The translations under genes and the position numbers were made by a program. Positions 9,720-20,000 of a stretch of DNA of 20,000 bases are shown here, in pieces. Source of the DNA: Psammoneis japonica (Eukaryota); contig QPGO01000258.1 of assembly GCA_008632985.1 (NCBI GenBank), forward strand, positions 66,083-86,082, given 5' to 3'. Below the pieces are notes generated by a model. The model saw only the letters and a list, made by a program, of their open reading frames with translations, had not been told where the DNA came from and searched no databases. Within the stretch, counting starts at the first letter, position 1, and every line of letters begins with the position of its first letter.

Positions 9720-10410
9720 ACATTGCTCTTCACAGACCCCACCAAAGGCAAATACAAGACAGTATAATCTTTTCGTAGCTAAAAAGAAGAGATTCGATTA
9801 AAGAAGTGTGAGTAAAGAGACGAAATGAATGAATAAGCATCAAAGTATGGGTCGGTGTCAGTAAAAAAAAAGACACGGGACCACACGAGTGTGACCGACA
9901 TTTCTCTCCACAAAACAAACAGACAACATACACAAGACAGGAGATGATTTTAATATCTATAATAAAGAGATAACAGCAATGGTACACAACAGAGGAGGTG
10001 TATTGAACGAATAACCATCCAAGTATGGATCGTGTCAATTCCATGTGTTTTGGTGTTTCTTGTCGATACGAGAGAACGATGTTTCTCGACACAGCCCCCA
10101 CTCACAGCATACCCAAGACATGGAAAACTTTTCGTGACTATGGTCAGTCGATACCAGCAAAGATAGTCATCAGATGAAGTGAAAGGAACGAATAAAGATC
10201 AAAGTATGGGTTTTGCCGCTCAGAAATGGCTGACAAAAGCAAAAAGACCCATCTTTCGATTTCTACACAACCACAACACCGTTTCTCGCCAAACCAAGGA
10301 CCTCATCTAACAAGTCGACCTCCTAAAAGTAATATCCGTGTCTTCAATGAATGAAAACGATTAAGAATAGCTCAAACAAGGCCGAGTATGGGTCGGCGCA
10401 GCGTCATCTC
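9720..10410. repeat. Right arm of the long inverted repeat, directly upstream of the kinase gene
   Basis: Mirrors 8425-9118. Motif AGTATGG(G/A)T ends near 9853, 10031, 10212 and 10394. The arm ends about 165 bp before the kinase ATG. Confidence 0.95.
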
Positions 10411-10573
10411 CAAAAACACAACTTGAAACTTCACGTTCCCAACAAAAAGTCTCTCCGCGCTAAAAAAATAAATCCCACGGATCGCGCGAAAAGCAATAAC
10501 ACGGGTTGCGATTGGCGCCGCTGCTGCACCTACCTGCCGAAGGGAAAAGGGAACAAAGCCAACAGCCAAGACG

Positions 10574-13500
10574 ATGGCACCAGCCACACGCAACACTACA
10601 AAGACTCCAAGGAAGAGCAACGCTCGCAGTCGTTCTCATCATGCCCCAGCGACGACTCTCCGGGCAGTGACAGCGCAAGACTTTGTCAGCAGTCCAAATG
10701 ATGCAGAGCTGGCGCTGCTTCCCGCTGCGGTTGCTCGTGCCTTGACCGACCTTGCTTTCGACGCAGCTTCTACGGCGACACCGCGCAGGAAACGACGCAG
10801 CACTGGTGCTGCTGGTACGTCCAAGACCATCGCCTTGAATGGTTTGACTGAACAAAAGCTCCGAGCCTTCATCAACAGTGCGTCCAAGCTTGATGGTCCT
10901 TTGGTTGCAGCATTGGAGCGTCTAGCGGAAGAGGAAGGTATCCATGGGATGCTCGAAGATTGCGATGTCAAGAAGACGGCGGTCTTTCGTGACTGGCACA
11001 CTGCCTACGTGACAGACCCGGAAAGCGAACAGGCGGAACAATACCGTCGTTTTGAGCTGATGCAGTTTGCAACCAAGAACATGAAACGCGTCAAAGGACG
11101 CGTAGCCAATACTTTTGCGCCTATCGGAAGCAGGGAATGCACCACGCAAGAACTTTCCCGTTATGCCACATCCCTTGTGATGCTCCTACGCGACGCTGCC
11201 TTACTCCCTCGCGAAAATGTCGACTCGGACACCGATGGTTCGTGCGACGGCAGTTGCCGTGAAGAACTCTTGTGCCGAGTGGCTCGCTTCATTATGTTTA
11301 ATGGCATCTTGATCAGCGACTTCGAGAACTTTGACACTCACCACGGTCGACGCCGGCCTAGTCTGTACACACAAGTCTTCATCCAAAGTGGGCTAGCCTT
11401 GCCGGAAGGCCTGGATTACTCAGAAATTGACGACAAGGATGACCAGTGCGATCCGTTTGACCTGGACTTCAAGCAAAAGTGCATCAGTCAGCTCTTGATG
11501 GTTCTCTTTGGTGGCAATGACTGTGCCACGCCTTTTGTCAAGCGCGTGTATTCCTATTTCAAAAAGGTCTGGGAGCTGCAGCACTCTAGCAAGCTTAGCT
11601 CACGCATGGCAGGAGCAACTCTTTTCGAACAGCGCAGCATGTTTATACATCAATTTCTCCTCTGGGGTAGCGAGGAGGAGGACGATACCTTGGGGAATAC
11701 ATCTTCAGCAAATGTGCCCTCGATCGATGAGTCGATTGCGTCGTTGGTTGCTTCGTCGCTGTCGTTTGATACCGATGACCATCCATCGGCGAATGCGTCG
11801 ATTGGTGGGGTTACGGCGGTGTCGTTAAGCCCAGCCTCGACACGCAGTATTGTGCACAGTAGCAGTGGTACTAGCGATGGTTGCAAGACCCCTGGAAGTT
11901 CCAACGGCAATAGAACTCCTCTTGCCATGCTCAAGGGCGCCATTGAAGAGCTTGTTGCGGATCCGTTCAACAAGAAAAAGTATTCTGAGGTCGCCGTGTG
12001 TGCTTCCAAATGCTATCCCCAGCGCAGCTTGCTCGTGGGATACGAGTTTCCGGACCCCGCCAGTCCAGCCGCCAAAGAAACTAGCAAGTTGCTTCGAGCA
12101 GCATGTCCGGCGACAAAGGTGGAGGAGCCGGTCCGTTTGAGCAAGGCCGAGAGCACGTTTGTGGATCAACTGCACAATCTCAAAAAGACGGACAAGAACC
12201 TTCCTGATATTCAGTTCATTCGCACCCTATTTCCACTCATTCAGAGTGCTGACCAGTTCTACAACACTGGGGGCATTCTCGAAAAACGGCTTGTCCAGTC
12301 CCACATCAAGGCGCTTCCAGTGGATTCCAGTATCAGTAATTTTGCTGATACTTTTGCTCCGTCCGCCGCGCAGGCCGCATCAGGAGGGGACGAGAATGAA
12401 TATGATGCTGTGGAAAACACCGACGAATTAAGCGACGACGACGATATCGAAACAGCGAATGCCTTACCAGTCGCTCCAACGCACACCCCTGCTGGTGTGC
12501 TAGGCAATCTGGAAGTTTTCAACTTCATTAAATCCTGCAAGGAGGACCGTCGCGAGGAAGTAAAGGATGGCAAAGTGGTTTACGAAAACGTCTTTTCCCC
12601 GGAAGTCCAGGCATTGTTGGGAAAAAGCTATCAAAAACCGGGGAAGAGCGAGGAGGAGCAGGCGTGCGCTGGATATCGCATGAACCAGGATGACCTAAAG
12701 CTTGTCCGCTTCGTCGATCACGGAGCCATGGGTTTTGTCTTTATGGCCAAGCACCAGTCTGGCAAGCTGGTGGTGGTCAAGTATGAGTGGTTTCATCCGT
12801 GGGATGTTGGCGACTATCTCATTCGAGTTCTCGTAAACCATTCCCTGGTCAACTACAGCCCTCACGTCATGACTCTTTCTGACTGGTTTGTTGTTATGTG
12901 CGATGGCACAGCGTTGAAGCAGAAGATTAGGGGTGGAGATAGACTCGAACGCAAGTGTATGATGATTGCTCTTGTCGCTGAGTGGTGCCCCGGTGGGAGC
13001 TTCAAAGCTGCTGTCAAGAAGCGTATCGAGCTTGGATCCCTCAGCATGGGCTGGGTTCTAGAACACGCAATTCAGCTTACCCAGGCGCTTCGCTGCTTCA
13101 AGCGACACAATATTGTCCACCGTGATCTGAAGCCAGCCAATATTCTGATCGGGTCTGACGGTAACGTGAAGATTGCCGACTTTGGCCTTGTTCGCAAGTC
13201 TACTCGGGGTCAAGAGAGTGGCACCCGTGGAGCTGGAACTCCTGGATTCCGCAACCATGCTGGGGTAGTGTATGGCAAGTACGACTCTAACACGGATGTT
13301 ACTGCCCTTGGTTACACCCTCCGCGAACTGTTTTTACAAGGAGACGAAGAGGGCTCAACCAAGGAAATGACGGCTGACGAGGTGGCTGGCGCAGAGGCTG
13401 CAAAGCAAGAGGCATTCACACCGCAGCAAATGGAAGAGGTCATCTCGAATAGTGAAAGCAACAAGGAAGCCCTGAAAGCGTTCCATGAGCTCATTCAAAG

Positions 13501-13597
13501 CATAATCGTCGAAAGTGATGCAACCCGCATCTCAGTGGAGGAGCTTGAGCGCGCACTCGAAAAAATTCGTGAGACGGTGTTGGAGAGCGCTGAATAG
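10574..13597 (+). CDS. 1007-aa intronless protein with a C-terminal eukaryotic protein kinase domain (about 12690-13570) and an unassigned ~700-aa N-terminal region
   Basis: Uninterrupted ATG..TAG ORF with normal TA/CG content and Tyr codons. Kinase motifs: DHGAMGFVF (G-loop), VVVK, HRDLKPANIL (13118), KIADFG (13178), GTPGF, DVTALG. Confidence 0.93.
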   Translation: MAPATRNTTKTPRKSNARSRSHHAPATTLRAVTAQDFVSSPNDAELALLPAAVARALTDLAFDAASTATPRRKRRSTGAAGTSKTIALNGLTEQKLRAFINSASKLDGPLVAALERLAEEEGIHGMLEDCDVKKTAVFRDWHTAYVTDPESEQAEQYRRFELMQFATKNMKRVKGRVANTFAPIGSRECTTQELSRYATSLVMLLRDAALLPRENVDSDTDGSCDGSCREELLCRVARFIMFNGILISDFENFDTHHGRRRPSLYTQVFIQSGLALPEGLDYSEIDDKDDQCDPFDLDFKQKCISQLLMVLFGGNDCATPFVKRVYSYFKKVWELQHSSKLSSRMAGATLFEQRSMFIHQFLLWGSEEEDDTLGNTSSANVPSIDESIASLVASSLSFDTDDHPSANASIGGVTAVSLSPASTRSIVHSSSGTSDGCKTPGSSNGNRTPLAMLKGAIEELVADPFNKKKYSEVAVCASKCYPQRSLLVGYEFPDPASPAAKETSKLLRAACPATKVEEPVRLSKAESTFVDQLHNLKKTDKNLPDIQFIRTLFPLIQSADQFYNTGGILEKRLVQSHIKALPVDSSISNFADTFAPSAAQAASGGDENEYDAVENTDELSDDDDIETANALPVAPTHTPAGVLGNLEVFNFIKSCKEDRREEVKDGKVVYENVFSPEVQALLGKSYQKPGKSEEEQACAGYRMNQDDLKLVRFVDHGAMGFVFMAKHQSGKLVVVKYEWFHPWDVGDYLIRVLVNHSLVNYSPHVMTLSDWFVVMCDGTALKQKIRGGDRLERKCMMIALVAEWCPGGSFKAAVKKRIELGSLSMGWVLEHAIQLTQALRCFKRHNIVHRDLKPANILIGSDGNVKIADFGLVRKSTRGQESGTRGAGTPGFRNHAGVVYGKYDSNTDVTALGYTLRELFLQGDEEGSTKEMTADEVAGAEAAKQEAFTPQQMEEVISNSESNKEALKAFHELIQSIIVESDATRISVEELERALEKIRETVLESAE

Positions 13598-14934
13598 TCG
13601 GGTTGGTCTCGGTTGTTTGGTCTTTCTTGTTTTGATGAATAGTGAGGAAGGAGTCGGACTCGACGCCATCGCATTCGTAAATCGGTGTTGATCCTCCTGG
13701 CTATCAGTCGTTCCTTTTCCGTCATCTGTGGGACTTGGAGGACGACAACTAGACGGGATTTCTTAGAACAAATACACAAATACAGAGTAGAAAAAGGGTT
13801 CTTCTCATCATGTTACATTCTTTAGGCTCTTGTTGACCATCGTTAGTAGGAGAGTGCGTGTGCGTAACTCTGTTGCAGACGATCGACACCTTGGCAAGGT
13901 TGGGCTAAGGCATGCTCTCAAGAATCTACTCTCAGACGACAACAGAGGATCGTCTTCAGTCTCTAGCTAGAGTGTCCAACGAAAGTAGAGGCAGCACCAA
14001 ATTCAATGTGGGCCAGCAGCGCGTCAGACTTTGAGAACTCAAATTCTAGGTGGCAAACGACGGCAGGAGCACACCCTGCTTGGCAACGCACAGCAGGCGC
14101 TCAGCAATGCAACGAGTCCATCAACAAGAAGTCTCCTCAGAGGATGGTTCAAGTGGCACACTCTCTTGTGGCAACAAGATCTCATCATTGTGTTGCTGAT
14201 CTTTTGTTTCTGGGTTGGACGACTGAAGTGCTCATTGCTGGAACTGATTGTGCAACAAGCACGTGACAGAACTCTGGCAACTCAGGCATTTTTGACACAC
14301 TCAGTTGTTCCACAGGGCATTGAAGCACAGTGTGGCACTTTGGTCAGTGCTTTCCTGATGCAGGTTCAACTCCTGTGCATGTCACACTGCTGGACACGCA
14401 GGATCTCTGTCAGTGCAATGCTGAGTCACAGAGCACAGTGGGCTGTTCTTTCAGAGCCACTGTGGATTGCTTCTGACAACTGCTGAAGTCAAAGACAGCT
14501 GGCAATGACTGTGGAAGGTGCTGTTTGTGCAACACAGTCCTTTGCAGCACTTGGGCTTTGCGGGCAGGTGGGAAAGAAGAAAACAGTGCGGTGCTTCTTC
14601 TTGACATTTCAACAACAACAAACTCTCTTGAAGCTGTCTCAAGAAGGAGCAGGTCTGAAAGCAGTTTTAATCACAGACACCGTCTCTTTGACACGTGCAT
14701 TGTCAAATCCATGAACTGCCATTGATGTGAAGTGAGGAAAGAAAGGATGGAGCCGACCCTCACAGAAGATTCTTTGCCGAAATGGAAAACAAACAACAAG
14801 ATGATGAGATCAATCCTGGGGGCAGTGACAACATTGACATTGAGGTTGGCATTGACAAATTGGGAAGAACACCGCAGCTCACATGGTTGCGGGATCCATT
14901 CGAAGCAGCAGTGGTTGCGACATGGACTTTTCAA

Positions 14935-14994
14935 TTGTTGACTCCATGCTGAATTCAGCCAAGTTTGTTGACTCCACACTGAGTTCAGCTGAGT
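14935..14994. repeat. Two tandem 30-bp copies
   Basis: TTGTTGACTCCATGCTGAATTCAGCCAAGT / TTGTTGACTCCACACTGAGTTCAGCTGAGT. Confidence 0.8.
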
Positions 14995-17900
14995 CAGAGT
15001 CTGAAGACTTGGTCAAGACCCAGATGATCAAGATGAATCTGCACAGTCACCAACACCTAAGACGTTGCCCAACCACACCAAATCTTGACCCATCCCTGAG
15101 TCCCACACAGCATCCACAGGCTTCTTTGCTCCCACTGCAACCAATGCAAACAGCTGTTGCCAGTTCCCAGAAAGTTTGGGCTCTGCCTTTTTGAGAAGTG
15201 TTCTCAATCCCACAGTGAGCGCATTCAACAACACACACCTGCCACACACACCTCCGGCCACAGAAACTTCACATGAAACATCTCATTTTGGCAAATGCAC
15301 TTGATCGAAGAGTGCCTTGGGGCATCTTCATTCTGCTTTGGAGCATCTTGAAGAATGAGATTTGTTGGATCAACAAACCAAGGGTGTTGTCAGAGATTTG
15401 GTTGATGTTGGAGATGAAGAGCTTGGAATTGATGTGATGTGAACAAATGCTGCACTCTTGTTCTTGTCCTCCCTTGATGGGACAGGCAATCTCATTGTCA
15501 CTGCTGTCATCATTGGATGATGCAGAAGCAGTGGCAGTCCTTCTGGTCCATCAGGAAATTCCCTTCCACCAAATGAAAATCCAATGTTGCAGCCATCGTT
15601 GCTTTGCTCCACACAAGTGCCACTGTTTTGCTTCTCCTGTTGTTGCTCTTTGGGTTGCTTGTCCTCTGTGGCTGTTCTTGCTGCGTTCTCTTTCTTGGAA
15701 TGGCATTCAAACTTGTTGTGGGCTTCAACAATGTTGATCACATGGTCACAGGTTTTTGTGGCTTTTTTTTTTTGCAGTGCCGGCACAGAAGTCATCATTG
15801 GAGCTGGAATCGCCTGCACCTTTTGAGCTGAATCCTCCCCAACTCCCATCACACTGACACCCAGTTGACACACATGCACAAAAGACAATGACACTTGAGC
15901 AATGCCAGTTGGAGGCAACACAGAGGGAATGAGTCATCTTGCTGGAGATTTGATGCTGAAAGGTTGCTTTGCATTCTTTGGTGTTGGTGTGGATCAAAAG
16001 AACAGACTGGAGCAAGGCACAGTGAATCACAGCTTGTCTTGAAACAGCTGCTGGCGTGGGCATTGTGACAATTGCATCCAAACCTGGCAGGTGCAACACA
16101 CCAGCACATTTGTCTTGAATGGCATGTCCATGTGCATGTTTTGAAATGCACTTGGAACACACAGCAACCAGAGCTGAACAAAAGTTGGGGAAAGGAGCAA
16201 ACTGGCCAAAAATTGACTGTGTTCAGTGTGCAAACATGGGGTCAGAGATTCATTGGCTTCTTCTTTGTCATCTGGGGTGGTTGCTGCAGACACATCAGTG
16301 CACATTGCAGCTGCAGGGTGACCATGTGACACAGAGTGGTGTGTGCTGCCAAGCTGAGCACCCCAGACTGGCTTTGAGCCAAGCCCAGGGCACCAGCTGC
16401 CAGCTCCCTCTGCCCCACCCCCCCAGCAGGTGCTCTCCTCTTGCAATGTGGTTTGGCTGCTCAAGCTGCACCACACACTGACTCAAAGGCTGCACTTGGG
16501 AATGGCTGGGGAGAACAAAAACTTGCAAGCTTGGCTGCTTGCTTCAGACCTTTTGCTGGCAAGCAAAAGCTTGTGAGAAAAGACCAGCGGGTGCTGCAGC
16601 ACCATGAGCAGAGGAGAGTTGTCACCACTGGTGCATTTCAGGTCAAGTGCTTGGCATGCTCAATGACTCCTGGACCCAACCTTGCCAAGATCTTCTTCAC
16701 TTTGAACCACACAAGCAGGGGCAGAGGTTTGTTGGCTCTTTGTCATCCAGGGTGGCTGTGCCTCCAAGATGCTGCTCTGCTCTCTTTGCTGAGGGAGGCT
16801 CCCAGCTGCTCATGGGTCATGTGCACTTTGGGGGCATGTCGCTTGATTTGCAAATTGTGTCATGCTCCTTGCCCACAACTGTGTGGTGTGCCCAATGTGC
16901 CAGTGCATTGGCTGGGCACGTGACAAACTTTCATGCTTGTCTGTGGCTGGCAAAATGCCATTGAGCTTCCCACTTGCTTTTTTGAATGCTGCTGTCAACA
17001 TGTCACAAGTCAAGCCCAGCTCACTGTGAGAAGCACTTCCAGTGGGCTGTTGCTTGGGAGCATTTGTGGTTGTCTCACATTGTGTGTTGGCCAGCAAAAA
17101 TGGGTGCTCTCCTGTTTGCAGCAACAAGCAAGGTTGTGTGTCAATGATGAGGGGGAAAGCCTCTCTTGCTGTCACCACCACACAACAAAACAATTTCTCT
17201 GGTTGCATCTCCATCAAGGGGTTGACAGAGCCAAATTGGCTCTGTTGCTTTTCACAGGTGTGCTGCCAAGGCAAACTGAGGGCAGGCAACTCATGCATTT
17301 GCACATTGAACAGGCAGAGGCAATTTTGGACATGAGAGAAATGGCATGTTCGAAAGCATTTTCTGCTTGTCATTCAAACCATTTTGCAACTGCCACAGCA
17401 TGGGGCACCAACAGGAGCTCCTGTCATCTCTGGCTTTGGCCAGGGATCTTTGCAGTTGTGCTGACCCTCAAGCCAGCACTCTTGTCTGAGAGGGGCAGTG
17501 GTGTGTGGGGTTGGGCAGTCCAGCCAGCTTGCTTGTGCTCTCTTGATGGCACAAAGTGCTCTCATGGCAGCAAGGTGGGAGCAACTTTTGTGAGTTGTGA
17601 GCTGGGCTGGTGCTCTGGAGGTCTAAGTGCACCACTGGGAAGCTGTGCAGGAAGAGCTCAGTGCTGCCACCATGGTCAGAATCATGGGCCTGTTGCCCCA
17701 TGTCTTGTGATTCTGGGAGTGCTCACAACTCCCAGGTTTGATGTGTCAACTGGCAGCTTGGAAAACAGCTTGAATTGCAACACCTGACATTTGGGTGGTG
17801 CTGTTGTTCCCAAGAGCTGGGGGGAGGGAACAGGCAGAGAAAGGTTTTGCAGGTGCTGCTTTGTCAATGGTTGGGGACACAGCTTGGACTCTGGACTTTC

Positions 17901-19337
17901 TCAGGATGGAAGCAGCAGGTGCAGCAACAGAAGATGCCTTTGTGACAGAGGAGTGGCTGATGGACAAAGCCTGAGCACAGAGAACTGTCCACTCCAGCTC
18001 AAGCAAGCAACACGCTCCAAAGGCGATGCTGCATGTGTGTTCATGCACCAACATGCTTCAAGCTGAAAGTCATGAAAAATGCCATCAGCCTCTCAAACAG
18101 CTGCAGTGTGGGGGTCAAACCACAAATGTGCCATTTGAGAGTCCAAGGCTCAAAACAAGAGTGGCACATCAACTCTCTTCTCATTTTGTGCATTCAAGAA
18201 CCCCTTGTTCTTCACAAGTCTTTTGCACATGCTTGCTTCTGTTGATTCAAGGGCAAAGAGAGGAGTCACTTCTTGTTTCTTTCTTCCAGTTTTGGTTGTC
18301 GGGCAGTGTTGCAATCTTCATTTTCACAATTTGGAAATTGGCAAAATCAATCACTGCTTGTTTGTCTGTTTGCCATTTTGTGTCTCTGCAGCAAAAAGCA
18401 CTGCAAGACCACAGTCCTTAAAAAATTGTTTTGCCACAAGCTCCAAATTGTTTCACCAATTTTGGTGCTTTGAAACATGTTGAGCATTCACTCAACTCAG
18501 CTGAGTCCCAGTTTTTGGTAGATGCAAAATCACGAATGTCAAACAAATGGCTGATTTCAACATGAAGCTCCCCAAGTTTAACCCCCTTGTGAACATGCAC
18601 TTCAGAGCTTGTGGCCATGATGCACAAAAGCATGCTTTTGTTGTTGTCATGTGTCAAGAAAAGCTGACACATCAAAGTTCAGCACAAGGGTGGAGTGCAA
18701 ATTAATTTGTGCATTCATTGCCTGGATTGCACCAATGATGTGACAGCAAAAAGTGACAGTGAATCTACACTCACAATCAATTGACTTTTCTGCATTGCTT
18801 AGAATTTGAAATCTGACCACTGAGCATTTGGCTCTCTTTGTGCCAAAGTGGAAATGACACTTGACAATTTGCACTGTTCATTTGGCTCAAAGTCAAATGA
18901 AGCATTTGGGTCATCACAGGCTCATTGTCACATTCAGCCACAATCATGAAGTCTTTGCCAATGCCTGCTTTGCAACTTTGAGCAATCCCTCTGTCACAAA
19001 TTCAAAAATGTGTTTTGTCAAAGTGAAGATCAACAAAATCACATTGTTGCCCTGATGAATGAATGCAAGTTGGGGTCAAGAAATCCAGGCGTCAAGAAAT
19101 CCATGACAGCTGGCTGAGAGATGGATCATTCTTCAAAAGGGAGAGATCAGGAGTGTTTCATTTCTCTTCTTGTTGTGCCACTCAGAGCCTGCTGTCTGCT
19201 GCACAGGTTGGTGCCCCAAAAGGATGAAACAATGATGTCAACAAGAAGACAAGCAGTCATGCATGAAGAAAGATGAGTGCAGCCAGAGAAGTTGTTTCTT
19301 GCCATGTGTGTGAGCACAGCAAATGTGAGCACGAGCC

Positions 19338-19884
19338 CAAAACAAAACCCAAAATCTGTGTTTAAGGTGCTGCTGCACTTCTGCCCTGCAACTCCAGCAT
19401 CAAGCTGGCCCACACCCCCAGCGCACAATCAGTGTGGCAGGGGCACACAGCAACTGGCTAACAACATCAACACTGCTGCCAGGTGAAGCAATTGGCAACA
19501 GTGCACATGCCTCTTGCAGCAAGACATTTGGCTTCTCAAATGCTGGACTTGAACATGGGGCAAACCATGGTCAACTAATTTTGCAGTCTGTGTGTTGAGT
19601 GAGTCGAGTCAAAACAAAACCCAACATCCATTTTTAAGGTGCTGTTGCACTTCCGCCCAGCAACTCTGGCAACAAGCTGGCCCACACCCCCAGCACACAT
19701 GTGTGCGACAGGGGCATGCAGCAATCAGCCTAGACCAGCATCACCATCAGGTGATGCCACACCAAAACAACTGGCAATTGCACAAGCGCCCCTTGCTGTC
19801 AGCCTCTTCACTTCCTTCATGCTGGATTTGAACATGGGTCTTGCCATTTCCAACCAATTGTGCAGTCTGTGAGTTGAGTGAGTC
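19338..19884. repeat. Diverged tandem duplication of a ~270-bp unit
   Basis: Copies at 19338-19605 and 19610-19884 share CAAAACAAAACCCAA, TTTAAGGTGCTG, CAAGCTGGCCCACACCCCCAGC, ATGCTGGAYTTGAACATGGG and TGCAGTCTGTG.GTTGAGTGAGTC. Confidence 0.85.
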
Positions 19885-20000
19885 ATGTGTTCATCCATGT
19901 GGGCACCTCAAACTTTGAAGCACGGTGAACTGCAGCCAAGTTGTCAAGGCACAGGTCGCTTCCCAGAGGAAAGCCCGCAAGACAATGTTCCATCACCCAA

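Larger units (their letters stand above)
13990..20000. other. Hypermutated domain (TpA- and CpG-depleted), no identifiable intact gene
   Basis: Regular RTA/TAY sites end at about 13865-13987. After that there are only about 15 TAs in 6 kb, mostly YTAR. CpG fades by about 14200-14400. ORFs are rich in C/H/Q/W. Confidence 0.92.

Noticed and set aside
7241..13970. CTAGCTA at both 7241 and about 13963 as the TSD of a single inserted island
   Set aside because: The left copy overlaps the inner end of a TIR whose element has its own 9-bp TSD, and no matching termini are present. It is probably chance.
14006..20000. Many overlapping 60-284 aa ORFs (e.g. 16933..17787, 15370..15921, 16810..17373)
   Set aside because: They are C/H/Q/W-rich and Tyr-free with no recognisable motifs. 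This is the expected artefact of TAA/TAG depletion. The ancestral content could not be identified by eye.

Overview
Eukaryotic genomic DNA, probably from a diatom or another stramenopile (inferred from the short spliceosomal introns, KAPT-repeat mucin-like sequence and a diatom-type bestrophin-like gene). There are three zones. (1) About 1-7240 and (3) about 13990-20000 are hypermutated: TpA is almost absent, and the few survivors are mostly in YTAR context. CpG is also depleted, but only in the distal parts. Zone 1 holds 3'-truncated pseudogenes: an FKBP, plus intron-retaining bestrophin-like and dihydroxyacetone kinase genes. Their Tyr codons and splice donors show TAY>TGY / RTA>RCA changes. 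(2) About 7240-13990 is unmutated. It contains most of a 1032-bp Mutator-like element (about 80-bp TIRs, 9-bp TSD), a palindromic 18-bp repeat array, a 2-kb inverted repeat built of about 180-bp units, and an intact 1007-aa intronless atypical protein kinase gene. The element's left TIR is mutated and its right TIR is not. This gives a direct before/after view of what looks like a regional, motif-specific A-to-G (5'-TAY) genome-defence-like mutator, analogous to fungal RIP but acting on adenine. Most small ORFs in the supplied track are artefacts of TAA/TAG stop-codon depletion.
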